In this document: positions 31,463 through 41,930 of the stretch, in pieces
Numbering within the stretch: the first letter of the stretch is position 1
Layout of the letters: each line of letters starts with the position of its first letter
The notes under the pieces: generated by a model
Told to the model about the DNA's origin: nothing
Database searches by the model: none
Seen by the model: the letters and a program-made list of their open reading frames with translations, nothing else
Translations under genes and position numbers: made by a program
Virus record (IMG/VR): IMGVR_UViG_3300008108_000006
From: a virus
Taxonomy: Duplodnaviria > Heunggongvirae > Uroviricota > Caudoviricetes
Length of the DNA stretch: 64,000 bases
Reading direction: 5' to 3' (one strand)

Positions 31463-32205
31463 TGTTATCCGCTTCAACTGAAGAGACCACAATACAATTC
31501 AGAAGAAAGGGTAGAAAAACACTCAAGGATAACTATTTTGATGTTAGAGAGGAAATGGCGGTTAGGATGTTCTTAACCGCCACCACTTTTAATGAAAGAA
31601 ATAAAATATACAACGAGTTTTTAAGAGATCCTTTAGATAAAATGATATCTTCAATTATTAGAAGATATAAATTGTATCGAAAAGATATGAATTTTGATGA
31701 AATTCATATTGACACCCACTCGTTTCTTATGACCAAGATCGAGAAGTTTTCACCATCAAAAGAGAAAAAAGCGTATTCTTATTTTGGAACTATTTGTAAA
31801 AACTATTTAATGGGTCAAATCATCAAAGACCAAAAAGATACAAATAGAAAAATATCATACGAAGATATTTCAAGTAATTTAGAGAATAGACCCGACATGG
31901 TTTATTATATTGATAATGACATGATTGATGCTGAAGATATTATAAATAAGTTTAAGTTAGACTTAAAAAAATTTATGGATCAAAGTGAAATGACACACAG
32001 TGAGAGAAAATTGGGTGAGGCGTTAATTGTTATTTTTGAAAACTACGAGGAAACTTTTCCTAGTTCAGATAATAATAAATTTAACAAAAATGTAATTTTA
32101 TTAACTCTTCGTGAGATGACAAATCTATCAACAAAAGAGATTAGAACATCAATTAAGAAATTTAAAAAACTATATGGAATAACTCTTAATGGTATGATTG
32201 ATTAA
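31462..32205 (+). CDS. Putative phage late sigma factor (T4 gp55-like, sigma region 2)
   Basis: KFSPSKEKKAYSYFGTICKNY resembles the sigma region 2.3-2.4 pattern F-D-P-x-K...F-x-Y-F-T of gp55-like factors; sits directly before late/structural genes. Confidence 0.65.
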   Translation: MLSASTEETTIQFRRKGRKTLKDNYFDVREEMAVRMFLTATTFNERNKIYNEFLRDPLDKMISSIIRRYKLYRKDMNFDEIHIDTHSFLMTKIEKFSPSKEKKAYSYFGTICKNYLMGQIIKDQKDTNRKISYEDISSNLENRPDMVYYIDNDMIDAEDIINKFKLDLKKFMDQSEMTHSERKLGEALIVIFENYEETFPSSDNNKFNKNVILLTLREMTNLSTKEIRTSIKKFKKLYGITLNGMID

Positions 32206-32232
32206 AAATAAACACACTAAATATTTATAGTT

Positions 32233-32604
32233 ATGTCAAAACCAAGAAAAAAAGAGATTAACCTAACTAAGGATTCAGTTTTAGCACTGTTACAAGAAGT
32301 ATATAATGAACTTGTTGAACAGAGAACTACCGCTTTGAGGTTACAAAACAAGTTGGTGGTAATGTTAAAAACCCCCGAAGACATGACTGTTTTAGGTCCT
32401 GTCATAGAAAAACAACAAAAAATTATAAATGATTGTGTTGATAAAAAATTACAATTGGGGAAATTACAATCATCCCTTTGGGAAAAAACTAGCAACTCAC
32501 AAGAAAGTGTTACTCTATCAGAGATTGATGATGAACTTTTACAAAGTTTGATTTTGAAAGATGTGGAAAAAGGTAACAACGATGACACCACATACAAATT
32601 TTAA
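32233..32604 (+). CDS. Hypothetical coiled-coil protein
   Basis: 123-aa ORF with TATTTAT 4 nt upstream. Confidence 0.75.
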   Translation: MSKPRKKEINLTKDSVLALLQEVYNELVEQRTTALRLQNKLVVMLKTPEDMTVLGPVIEKQQKIINDCVDKKLQLGKLQSSLWEKTSNSQESVTLSEIDDELLQSLILKDVEKGNNDDTTYKF

Positions 32605-32609
32605 TTTTT

Positions 32610-34706
32610 ATGGCACTTAACTTAACATCGGGATATGAGGGATTAGCAGCACTAATCCAAGAAGCAACCACATATAAAAGGGCGAAGAATGATTATGATG
32701 AATTAATCAAAAGACAAGGTGCTAGGTTAAGTGATGTTGCAGATACCGTCCAAGGGGGGTATCAAAACGCCATTGGTAAAACCAAAAAGTTTGAAGAGGT
32801 TCAAGGAAATCAAATAGATAAGTTACTTAAAATAGCTGAGAGTTTAGGCCCTAATTTACAGACTAAAGCACAATCATCATTACAACGTCAAATAGATAAG
32901 TTGAATTTTTCCGGTGTAGTTCAAAATACAAGATTTTCAGGGATATCAAGTAATTTTAATTCTGCCGGCGCATCTACTGTGGATTTCATTAAAAAATCAT
33001 TTAAGGAAGCGGTAACAAAAGTAGAGCCACAAATTCAAGAGATTATTAATAAAGAGGTTTTAAGAGCGATTGGTTGTTCTCAAAACCAAACATATCCAAC
33101 AAATAGTGACATCTATATTAAAGTTTCAAGTATTGATTTTTTTGGTAACTTAAAACAAAGTCCCGAAGATCCTGTTGGTAAATTGTATTATGAATTGGGT
33201 AATAGTTTTAACAATAATGTTACTAAAAATTACCCAATGAACCGTCAATTAAATCATAGATTGAATAATCCAGGTTTATCGTTTAATACTGAATATGGGG
33301 CTAGTTATAAAGGATCTTCACTACAAGAACTTTTTGATTTTGTTTATACAAAGGTTGGTCCAAACGGGGAAAGTGGTGATTACTTTAAAGTAACACTTAA
33401 AGAACGTATCCCTTCAGTTTCTGATTTTGAAACTTATGGAACTTCGGGATTTACCCAAACTGTTCAATCTGTGGAAAGATTTATTGTTGATTATTATAAG
33501 AAAATTAAAATAGCCGAGAGTAGGAAAGTTTTTTCTGAGGTTATGAATATTTTAACCAACGCACTAACAATTGGGCAAAATCCCGATAGTAATTATATTA
33601 CCAACGAAAAATATTTCGGTAAAATCATACAAAGAATTTTCGGTCAATGCCAAGACAATACAACCGAAATAGGTGTTAGTGGTATTGCCAAAATTGCTGT
33701 TGGTGATGAATTTGATGAAACCTTTTTTGAATTAACACCCGAAGATAATGTAGAATTAGAAAATGAAATTTCTAACATACAACGAGGTGTTGTTCAATTT
33801 GAGGGTTGTGGAACCGTAGATTTTCCTGTGGATTCTACCTCAATTATAAATTCGTTACTTAAGATGAATGATGCAACATCACCAAGTGAAGAAATTGAGT
33901 TATCTGATCAATCCGAAGATACCGCATTAGAACAATGGAAATTATTATATCCAAAATTTCCGGTATTTTCATGGAAAAAAGGTATCATTAAGTCATTGGT
34001 TCAAGCATTATGTAGAGTTGCGTTCTCACCAAAGGCAATATTTCCATTGATGATAATGTTAAAAGCATTGGGTAACAATATTGTTGATAGTGTTGAGGAT
34101 GTTAGAACTTTCATGACAAAATTTAGATTATTAGTAAATAATATAGTTGGTAAAATATTTTCATTATTTGTTAAAGAACTTTATAAAATAATATCAAGAG
34201 ATATTAAAAAATTATTAAGTTCGATAGTGACTGATTTATTGAAAGAGAAAATTGATAAAAAATATGCAATCTATGTGTCATTATTACAAGCCGGTTTTGA
34301 AATTAGAGATACTATTAGAGATTTTAGAAGGTGTAAGAGTGTTATTGATAATTTAATAAGATTGTTTAAGATAATTGATAAGGTTACTAAACCTTATCGA
34401 CTACCCTTGTTAGCTTTGGATCAAGCAGCTGCAAGACCCGGTGTTAGTGCTACTCGTGCTTTTATGAAAAATATTGGAATAATGCAAGAACTTGGATTAC
34501 CTACGGGGGCGTTACCCGATGGATCACCGAATCTTGATTTAGTGTCACAATTTGCTAGTATTAAAGCTATGTATAAAGAACAGGATGAAAACGGTCAAGT
34601 TGAGATATCCTTAAATAAATTAGTGTTACCTGTTGCAGTACCGGGATTGGCAGGTCCGGGAACCGCATCGGGTGCAGGTGCCAGACTTTTCGGAATACCA
34701 AAATGA
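32610..34706 (+). CDS. Large hypothetical protein, likely baseplate/tail associated
   Basis: 698-aa ORF upstream of the gp5-like gene; function inferred from context. Confidence 0.6.
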   Translation: MALNLTSGYEGLAALIQEATTYKRAKNDYDELIKRQGARLSDVADTVQGGYQNAIGKTKKFEEVQGNQIDKLLKIAESLGPNLQTKAQSSLQRQIDKLNFSGVVQNTRFSGISSNFNSAGASTVDFIKKSFKEAVTKVEPQIQEIINKEVLRAIGCSQNQTYPTNSDIYIKVSSIDFFGNLKQSPEDPVGKLYYELGNSFNNNVTKNYPMNRQLNHRLNNPGLSFNTEYGASYKGSSLQELFDFVYTKVGPNGESGDYFKVTLKERIPSVSDFETYGTSGFTQTVQSVERFIVDYYKKIKIAESRKVFSEVMNILTNALTIGQNPDSNYITNEKYFGKIIQRIFGQCQDNTTEIGVSGIAKIAVGDEFDETFFELTPEDNVELENEISNIQRGVVQFEGCGTVDFPVDSTSIINSLLKMNDATSPSEEIELSDQSEDTALEQWKLLYPKFPVFSWKKGIIKSLVQALCRVAFSPKAIFPLMIMLKALGNNIVDSVEDVRTFMTKFRLLVNNIVGKIFSLFVKELYKIISRDIKKLLSSIVTDLLKEKIDKKYAIYVSLLQAGFEIRDTIRDFRRCKSVIDNLIRLFKIIDKVTKPYRLPLLALDQAAARPGVSATRAFMKNIGIMQELGLPTGALPDGSPNLDLVSQFASIKAMYKEQDENGQVEISLNKLVLPVAVPGLAGPGTASGAGARLFGIPK

Positions 34707-34903
34707 TGAATGAACATAAAATACAAGAACTTTTACCAAAGTTAAATGAACAATCAAATTCTGTATTAACAGATATGATGGATTTTTTACAAAACGATTT
34801 TGACGTTACAAAACAAAGAATTGTTGATTTGACGTATCACTTAGATACCATAGAAGCAACATACAACAAAATAAATAAAGAATATTCTAAAAGAAACCCG
34901 TAA
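34703..34903 (+). CDS. Small coiled-coil hypothetical protein
   Basis: 66 aa, overlaps both neighbours. Confidence 0.7.
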   Translation: MMNEHKIQELLPKLNEQSNSVLTDMMDFLQNDFDVTKQRIVDLTYHLDTIEATYNKINKEYSKRNP

Positions 34904-36483
34904 TGAGTAGTTTTTTGAATCAACCACAATCTAATCTACCTAGAAGAGATTTAAGAAAATTAATTTATCGTGGGACGGTATTGGATAACGTTGATCCAAA
35001 AATGCTTGGTAGAATTAGAGTAAATCCTGAATTTTGGACTAAGGAAGACATTGTAACCGCTACTGTGGGTTTTAATGAAGAAACCGATAAGTGGAAAGAT
35101 AATGATCCGTTTATTTGTTTGCCGTTATTACCTTTTTATATTAATTCACCCGTTCCATCTGTAAATGATGCGGTAAATATCATGTTACAAAACTTGGAAA
35201 ACAGGTTTGAGAAAAGGGGTATGTTTTATATTGGTGCTATGCTATCATCACCTATGTCCGTAGAAAATGAGGTAAAAGAACAATCGGAAAATTTAACGAC
35301 TTATGGTTCTAACGTTAAAGATACTTATTCGGTAAAAAACCAAGATGGTTCATATCCTAATCCCAAAAGTGAGGGTATTTTCCCCGAACCCGATGACGTT
35401 GGTTTGGTTGGTAAAGGAACTTCAGACTTAATTATTAAACCAAATGATGTCTTATTAAGAGCGGGTAGAAACTTACCATTCAATATTAATAAAGCACCAC
35501 AAACAAACCCAAACAGATCATACTTACAATTAAGTAAATTTGGATCTAAAGAAAAATCTGAAGGGTTTGACACTATTGTTAATTTTTCTCAGAACATTCA
35601 AAACTTAAAATATGTGATTGAATGGTTAATTACGAATCCCGAAAATGCTGCGGATAGTTTTACAGGAACAATTTATCTATATAAATTAAAACCATCTAGT
35701 AATACATTATCAACTAATTTTAAATTAACCACTAATTTGGAAACGGAAAAAAGTCTAATCACTTATAAAACGTTTCAATCAAAATCATTAAATGATACTA
35801 TAATATTCATTAATAAATTTATTCAAGACGTAAATTCGGGCACATTAATTAATGTAATATCAAAACCAGGTAATTCTAACTTATCAACCGTTACGATTAC
35901 AGATCAATTCCCTTATGGTTATAGACCTGCGCCCCCAACATATTCATGGATTAATCCCACCAATTTCAATGGGGTTGATAATGTCATTGCATTTACAAAT
36001 ATTACACAAATATATCTTGGTGTTAAATTTAATAGTGGTGTTAAAAAAGCGGGTATCGGAATTGTTGGTTCAAAAGACACATACGGATTAAAACCGAAAA
36101 CAAGTTTGGAATTTGTTGAGAACAAATCGGCTGAAGTTGTTGAGGATACTTTTGCATCTTTGGGTGCAAATCAAATTGCGTTTTTATCCCACGATTCATC
36201 AATACCGGGCAAAACAAAGATTAATATGCAAAACAATGTTAAGGGTATTGATGCAACACAATTTCAAAACGAAATCATCCCAAACACATCATCAATGGTT
36301 AGGGGTGAAGAACTATTGGAGTTAATTGATCTTATTGTTAGATACTTAATATCTCACGTCCACGCTTATCACGGATTACCTCCGGTTCCCGTAGGACAGG
36401 ACGGAACAACGTCATTAGATGTATTAACTCAACTACAAGAAGCATATCAAAAAGTTTTAAATAAAAATATCAGAATAAATTGA
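34903..36483 (+). CDS. Baseplate hub/spike protein (gp5/VgrG-like)
   Basis: N-terminal OB-fold motif G-x-V-x-D-x2-DP-x2-LGRIRV; C-terminal HVH-x2-H spike-apex-like motif. Confidence 0.7.
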   Translation: MSSFLNQPQSNLPRRDLRKLIYRGTVLDNVDPKMLGRIRVNPEFWTKEDIVTATVGFNEETDKWKDNDPFICLPLLPFYINSPVPSVNDAVNIMLQNLENRFEKRGMFYIGAMLSSPMSVENEVKEQSENLTTYGSNVKDTYSVKNQDGSYPNPKSEGIFPEPDDVGLVGKGTSDLIIKPNDVLLRAGRNLPFNINKAPQTNPNRSYLQLSKFGSKEKSEGFDTIVNFSQNIQNLKYVIEWLITNPENAADSFTGTIYLYKLKPSSNTLSTNFKLTTNLETEKSLITYKTFQSKSLNDTIIFINKFIQDVNSGTLINVISKPGNSNLSTVTITDQFPYGYRPAPPTYSWINPTNFNGVDNVIAFTNITQIYLGVKFNSGVKKAGIGIVGSKDTYGLKPKTSLEFVENKSAEVVEDTFASLGANQIAFLSHDSSIPGKTKINMQNNVKGIDATQFQNEIIPNTSSMVRGEELLELIDLIVRYLISHVHAYHGLPPVPVGQDGTTSLDVLTQLQEAYQKVLNKNIRIN

Positions 36484-36501
36484 TATTTATATGAAAAAGA
36501 T

Positions 36502-37980
36502 ATGTCGGTTCATTTTTCATACTTTAACAAGAACAATACTTTAATTAATGGTTCATATACTAATACAGGTAGGAATCCTGTAACTCAATTGTATTTTGGA
36601 TCACCCAATGATACTTTGAATCCTGTTGGATTTACAAGGTTTATCTTTAATTTGGATTTATCTTCCCTACAATCAAAGATCTCTTCGGGAACAATAAACA
36701 CGTCAAACCCCATGACACATACTCTTAGAATGACTAATACGTCGTCATTTGACACAGAGTTGTTAAATACCACAATGTCGGACACATCAAGAAGGGCGAC
36801 CTCCTTTGATTTGTTTTTATTTAGGATAACGGGTCAAACTTGGGATGAAGGTGTGGGATATGATTTTTTGGATACAACATTAGCAAAAACATCATCAACG
36901 GGTCAATTAACGTTAGAAACCTTGGAGTCAGATAAATCATATTCTGATAGACCGAGCAATTGGTTTAAAAAGACAACTTTATCGGGTTGGACAACACCTG
37001 GGATTTATAATAACGTAAATTCTGCAACGGGTAGTGGTTTAAATTACTCGGCTCTTACCATTATAGATACACAACATTTTGAATTGGGTAATGAAAATGT
37101 TGTATTTAATATGACAAATGAAATAAATTCAATATTAACGGGATCCACCACAGGTGTAACGGGATACGGTATTGCATATTTACCCGCATTTGAGAATATC
37201 TCGGGTTTAACAGAAAACTATTCAGTTGGGTTCTTTACGAGACACACTCAAACATATTATCAACCGTTTTTAGAAACAACATACGATGACTTGATCACGG
37301 ATGATAGAAACTTGTTTGTTTCAAACAGAACCAACCATTTATATTTATATGTATATTCAAATGGTGATTATCGTAACTTGGACAACAATCCGTTGGTTAA
37401 TATATATGATCCAAATGATGATATTGTTCCCGGTTTATCAGCACTTACAACAACAAAAATAACAAAAGGGATATATGAAGTAACAATTCCACCAATAACA
37501 GGTTATACAACACCTTGTGAATTTAGTGATGTGTGGAGCGGTTTAACCATTGATGGTAATTTATTAACAAATATAACCAATTATTTCATACTACAATCTT
37601 ATACTAATTTCTTTGAGATAGGAACCGAAAGTAGGGAACCCGTAGAATATGGTTTTGATTTTTACGGAATAAAACAAGATGAAAAAATATTAAATACAGA
37701 AATAAGAAAAGTAGGGGTGATAGCCAAAAAAGCTTACACATCACAACAAATACTTAATAAAATACAATGTTATTATAGAGTGTTCGTTCGTGAAGGTCAA
37801 ACCGAAGTTCAAGTTCAAGATTGGACTGAAGTTAATAGAACACCAAATGAACTTTATTTTATGTTTGATACAACAGATAAAATACCAAACGAATATTTTA
37901 TAGATATTAAAATCCAAACATCGGGACAAGTAGATATTTATAAAAGAACATTAAAATTTCAAATCGTAAATAGAAAATGA
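36502..37980 (+). CDS. Putative virion structural protein (Thr/Ser/Gly-rich)
   Basis: 492 aa, WDEG-x-G motif, repeated [ST][GA]xT; TATTTAT upstream. Confidence 0.65.
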   Translation: MSVHFSYFNKNNTLINGSYTNTGRNPVTQLYFGSPNDTLNPVGFTRFIFNLDLSSLQSKISSGTINTSNPMTHTLRMTNTSSFDTELLNTTMSDTSRRATSFDLFLFRITGQTWDEGVGYDFLDTTLAKTSSTGQLTLETLESDKSYSDRPSNWFKKTTLSGWTTPGIYNNVNSATGSGLNYSALTIIDTQHFELGNENVVFNMTNEINSILTGSTTGVTGYGIAYLPAFENISGLTENYSVGFFTRHTQTYYQPFLETTYDDLITDDRNLFVSNRTNHLYLYVYSNGDYRNLDNNPLVNIYDPNDDIVPGLSALTTTKITKGIYEVTIPPITGYTTPCEFSDVWSGLTIDGNLLTNITNYFILQSYTNFFEIGTESREPVEYGFDFYGIKQDEKILNTEIRKVGVIAKKAYTSQQILNKIQCYYRVFVREGQTEVQVQDWTEVNRTPNELYFMFDTTDKIPNEYFIDIKIQTSGQVDIYKRTLKFQIVNRK

Positions 37981-38450
37981 TAACAGATAATCAAATTAGA
38001 ACCGCTTTGAGAAAACTTCACGAAGCAGAACACAGCACTGAAAGATATATGTTTTTCAGTAACCTACAACAAATTAAAAGACAAGCCGAATTATTGTTGG
38101 AACAAGATGAACAAATGATAGAACAAATCCTATCTAATGGTCATGATTGGGCTGATGATCATATCACCGTCGCTAAAGAAAATATGGATCAAGTTTTTGA
38201 TTTCTTTATGAATGAGATTGAAGGTGATGGTGAACAAGATATTGATGACCACTCATTCCACGATGATATGATAATGATGGAAGGTCGTAAAAAAGCGGGA
38301 ACAAAATTATGTGCTCGTGGTAAATCCGCAGCAAAATCCAAATTTAAGGTCTACCCCTCTGCATATAGTAATGGTTACGGAGTACAAGTATGTAAAGGAA
38401 CTAAACCTGGTCTTGACGGAAAAAAGAGGTGTTCACCACCTTATTGTTAA
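37977..38450 (+). CDS. Hypothetical protein with C-terminal basic Cys motif (KFKVYPSAY)
   Basis: 157 aa, followed by a bidirectional terminator. Confidence 0.7.
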   Translation: MITDNQIRTALRKLHEAEHSTERYMFFSNLQQIKRQAELLLEQDEQMIEQILSNGHDWADDHITVAKENMDQVFDFFMNEIEGDGEQDIDDHSFHDDMIMMEGRKKAGTKLCARGKSAAKSKFKVYPSAYSNGYGVQVCKGTKPGLDGKKRCSPPYC

Positions 38451-38452
38451 TC

Positions 38453-38486
38453 AAAAACCCCCACTGTTAATAATGGGGGTTTTTTT
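38453..38486. terminator. Bidirectional intrinsic terminator
   Basis: AAAAACCCCCA...TGGGGGTTTTTT between convergent genes. Confidence 0.85.
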
Positions 38487-39675
38487 ATGGTTTATTATAC
38501 CAACCAACGTATATTACAGTACCATTTATATTAAATGAATCGTAATTATCATCGTATGTTAGTGCACCATAATTTGTATCATAAAGATAATCTCGGACAG
38601 CCCTTTCACGATCAAAAAATTGATCAGGATCCAACCCATTGTTTCTTAGATATCTTGCAGGGTTATCCTCAATTTCATCTTTAATATCACTTAGTATTTC
38701 ATCAATTTTGTCATCAATTTTGTCATCAATTAAATCCTCATCAAGACCTTCGGGATTGTCTTTAATTTCTTGAATTTCATCTTCAATTTCCTTAATTCTA
38801 TCCTCATCTTCGTTTGGATCAAGAGTGGATAGTTCATTTTCCAATTCTTGTATTGTTTCCTGTTGAGATTCCGTTAATATCAGTTCATCTGTTTCAAAAT
38901 AACTTGATGGTGATTCTCTAATCCTCTCTTCATAATTTTCCCTTTCACCGTCCTCAATATAGTTATATATTTCATTTGAATTTAAGTAACTCTCAATATA
39001 TTCATCACCCCAATTTTCAAAGTCTAAATCTTCAACCCAATCTTTAAGTGATGTATCCCAATCATCCTCATTACCGACAATAACTACGTTTCTAGCAGTA
39101 TAGTAATTACCTTGTAGGACAGTATATTCCGCAAGTTCTCTATAATGTCCCGTGTGATATAATAGACCAATTGAGTTTTCATTAAATACCTCAAGATCCT
39201 CATCATACTTAGTTATATAATCTTCAGCCTTTTTTCTTTTTGCCGGATCTTTGATCTTATCTATTTTTGATCTTAAAATATCTACCTTCTCCTCATCCTT
39301 TTTTAATTTTTTGTACACTTCATACATTTCCTCATAATTGTCATATATAAAGAAACCTTCATTACAAAGGAAGTTATACGCAACTAATAAATAAGGTTCA
39401 TCTAAAAATTCACCCTCTTCCAACATTTCTTGAGCCATCTGTTTTTGATGTAAAAACTCATTCTGTTTTTTAATATGTGAGTTATACGACCTTCTAACAT
39501 CAAGTAAATGATCTTCAATTTTTGACTTAAACTCCGTGTATTTATTATTTCTTTCAATCCAAGAAATAATTTTAACCAAAAATTTAATTCGCTTTTCATA
39601 TTCTTCATCACTACGATAACCATATAATGATGTGTCGTCATAACCTAATAATCTTAATAGTTCTTTATAATCCAT
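38485..39675 (-). CDS. Acidic hypothetical phage protein
   Basis: 396-aa Asp/Glu-rich ORF; TATTTAT upstream. Confidence 0.75.
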   Translation of the reverse strand: MDYKELLRLLGYDDTSLYGYRSDEEYEKRIKFLVKIISWIERNNKYTEFKSKIEDHLLDVRRSYNSHIKKQNEFLHQKQMAQEMLEEGEFLDEPYLLVAYNFLCNEGFFIYDNYEEMYEVYKKLKKDEEKVDILRSKIDKIKDPAKRKKAEDYITKYDEDLEVFNENSIGLLYHTGHYRELAEYTVLQGNYYTARNVVIVGNEDDWDTSLKDWVEDLDFENWGDEYIESYLNSNEIYNYIEDGERENYEERIRESPSSYFETDELILTESQQETIQELENELSTLDPNEDEDRIKEIEDEIQEIKDNPEGLDEDLIDDKIDDKIDEILSDIKDEIEDNPARYLRNNGLDPDQFFDRERAVRDYLYDTNYGALTYDDNYDSFNINGTVIYVGWYNKP

Positions 39676-39732
39676 TTAAATCCTTTTTTAATAAATATAA
39701 CCACATAAGTTAAAAAAAAAGTTAAAAAAAGT

Positions 39733-39763
39733 TTTGGTAATTAAAAAATATCATTTACCTTTG
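39733..39763 (+). promoter_or_regulatory. Bacteroidota-type sigma70 promoter
   Basis: TTTG (39733-39736), 19 nt, TACCTTTG (39756-39763). Confidence 0.75.
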
Positions 39764-39784
39764 ACTTATCAAATCAAATAAACT

Positions 39785-40225
39785 ATGACACTTAAATCAT
39801 TTTTCAAAAGAATCGGAATGAGAATGTATTACCGCTTCAAAATTTTTGTTAAGCGAGGTATTTGGGAAGATGAACCAACAAATGGATCGTCAATTCAAAC
39901 AAACGCGATGAATATTTGTAGAAGAACCATGCATCTTCAAGATTCGGAATTGTTATACGCCCCGATGTCTCAAAAACGATATATCCGAAATGAGAAACTC
40001 GGTATCTTCATTATCATTAAAGATAAACAAATAGATATCGTAAATCACGTTTATCATTACAACGTTGAATTGTCAAATAAGAACATCGAACGAGTTATCG
40101 GAATGTTTGATAGAGAAACGGAACTTCGCAGAACAACCTATGAAAAAGAAATGTTGTCACAAATCGGACATTCGTTAGAAACGATATTAGAACACGTTAA
40201 GGGAACTAAACTCGTTAGTGAATAA
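39785..40225 (+). CDS. Hypothetical protein (probably early, host-promoter driven)
   Basis: 146-aa ORF with its own promoter and terminator. Confidence 0.75.
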   Translation: MTLKSFFKRIGMRMYYRFKIFVKRGIWEDEPTNGSSIQTNAMNICRRTMHLQDSELLYAPMSQKRYIRNEKLGIFIIIKDKQIDIVNHVYHYNVELSNKNIERVIGMFDRETELRRTTYEKEMLSQIGHSLETILEHVKGTKLVSE

Positions 40226-40252
40226 AAAAAAGGGACTTTAGGTCCCTTTTTT
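40224..40252. terminator. Bidirectional intrinsic terminator
   Basis: A-run, GGGAC-TTTAG-GTCCC, T-run. Confidence 0.8.
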
Positions 40253-41149
40253 ATTTATTTCCATTATTACTTTTTTTAATAATAAATCCCTCAAATTCTC
40301 ATTAACACTCTCATTCTTCTTTCTTGGTTTATAAGAAACCATCTTTGGTTTATTACCCGTACCTGTTTTACTGTGTGTTTTTTCCGCTCTACGTTTTTGA
40401 GCACATGCTGATTTTTTCTGTGAATCTGTCATTTTAGAAGCAACTCCCGCTGCCCTACATTTTGGATATCCTTTATCCGACGCTTCGGGTCTTCCACAAG
40501 GTGGATGCTTACCATCAACCTTTCTACATATATTCACCCAAGGACCCTTTGGTTGTTTAGAACCTTTCGGTTTCTTTTTAGTACCAAACCACACACCTAA
40601 ATCTTCATTTATTGTATGAACATCGTGTGTGTCCATCTTATATGATCCATCATTATCTTTTTCCCAAACACCAACAATTTTTTTCAAATTATTTCTTAAT
40701 GTCTTTCTCACCTTTTCATCGTTAACAGGATGATCGGAAAATTCGGTAAATGGACCTAATTGGTTTTTTTTCCATTTTTTCATACCGAGTTCTATTGGAC
40801 CCGAATACTCACCCGCAGAAATAGAAGTATCGCTTTCAAAAATTAAATCATACCTGTCATCAACACTCTCGTCGTTTTGTTGGAAGTGTGTAACGTGGTA
40901 ACCTTGGTTTTTACTCGACATTTTTTCCATTTTTTGAGCAACGGATTTACTAACATCTAATTTACCATCCAAATCATCATAATTTAGTTGAGGATTCTCA
41001 TAACGAGAAACTCCAATATCAAAAGGATGTAATGTTGTTTTTTCCCACTTCTTAAGACCCAACGATAATGGCATTGTAAATTGTCCGGCATGACCACCCG
41101 TGCCAACACCCTCTCGTAAATTTTTAATTATAGTATCTCTTAGTCCCAT
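40238..41149 (-). CDS. Hypothetical head-associated protein with an internal repeat and a Cys-rich basic domain
   Basis: AG-x-F/Y-x-x-P-x-x-LG-x-KKW repeated twice; EDL-x-x-WF...W-V-N-I-C...CGR...YPKC. Confidence 0.7.
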   Translation of the reverse strand: MGLRDTIIKNLREGVGTGGHAGQFTMPLSLGLKKWEKTTLHPFDIGVSRYENPQLNYDDLDGKLDVSKSVAQKMEKMSSKNQGYHVTHFQQNDESVDDRYDLIFESDTSISAGEYSGPIELGMKKWKKNQLGPFTEFSDHPVNDEKVRKTLRNNLKKIVGVWEKDNDGSYKMDTHDVHTINEDLGVWFGTKKKPKGSKQPKGPWVNICRKVDGKHPPCGRPEASDKGYPKCRAAGVASKMTDSQKKSACAQKRRAEKTHSKTGTGNKPKMVSYKPRKKNESVNENLRDLLLKKVIMEINKKGT

Positions 41150-41172
41150 ATTAATATAAATATCAACAAAAC

Positions 41173-41200
41173 AAAAAAGGTCAGATTTCTCTGACCTTTT
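41173..41200 (-). repeat. Copy 1 of a 28-bp terminator hairpin repeat (downstream of the HNH gene)
   Basis: AAAAAAGGTCAGATTTCTCTGACCTTTT, identical to 41931-41958. Confidence 0.9.
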
Positions 41201-41877
41201 TAAAACTTATTGGATTTTCTGATATTTTCTTCACCCCATAACGGTTGTAGATTTCTTAAAGACCAACACTCCATGAACTTATCATCCCCAATCTCTCGGA
41301 TATCAAACGATGATATTGGTTGGATATGATCAACGTGCCATTGCCCATAATTGTCCCACGTCATATTATCCATAAATTGTTTTTCTAAATGATCAATCAA
41401 ATCGTCGGGTGAATATTTTAAGATATCAAAATAATGACCATTCTTTTGAACATTATTCTCTTTCAATACCTGATAAATCGCCGTTCTGAAATTGTTGATT
41501 AACTTATAGATGGGGTCATTAGCTTTACGAGTTCTTTCGTAATTACGTTTAGTTTCTCTAATTTTTTCTTTATTGTTTTCACGGTATTCTTTTATATACT
41601 CGTTCCATTTTTCCTTATTTTCTTCATACCATTTTTTATGATTATCAGATAATTTTTTTTTATTTTTTTCACGATATTTTTTGTCGGCAACTTTTTTACC
41701 CCCTATGAATCGTCTACCGGAAGGACCTAATTTAGCGTTGTTTTCCCTTAAAACTCTTAAAATAACAGGTTTAGATAAACCAGTTTTTTGTGATATTGAT
41801 TGTGAACCTAATAATTCGTCATTATACATTTTAAGAATATTAATTAATTCTTCTTCAGATGGGATATATTTCTTCAT
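41200..41877 (-). CDS. Free-standing HNH (homing-type) endonuclease with N-terminal HTH
   Basis: MTWDNYG-x-WHVDHI-x-P...NLQPLW-x2-EN-x2-KSNK; ATG at 41877 has TATTTAT 4 nt upstream. Confidence 0.85.
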   Translation of the reverse strand: MKKYIPSEEELINILKMYNDELLGSQSISQKTGLSKPVILRVLRENNAKLGPSGRRFIGGKKVADKKYREKNKKKLSDNHKKWYEENKEKWNEYIKEYRENNKEKIRETKRNYERTRKANDPIYKLINNFRTAIYQVLKENNVQKNGHYFDILKYSPDDLIDHLEKQFMDNMTWDNYGQWHVDHIQPISSFDIREIGDDKFMECWSLRNLQPLWGEENIRKSNKF

Positions 41878-41930
41878 AATAATAAATATAACACATACGA
41901 CCAAAAAATCAACTATTACTTAAAGAAACA

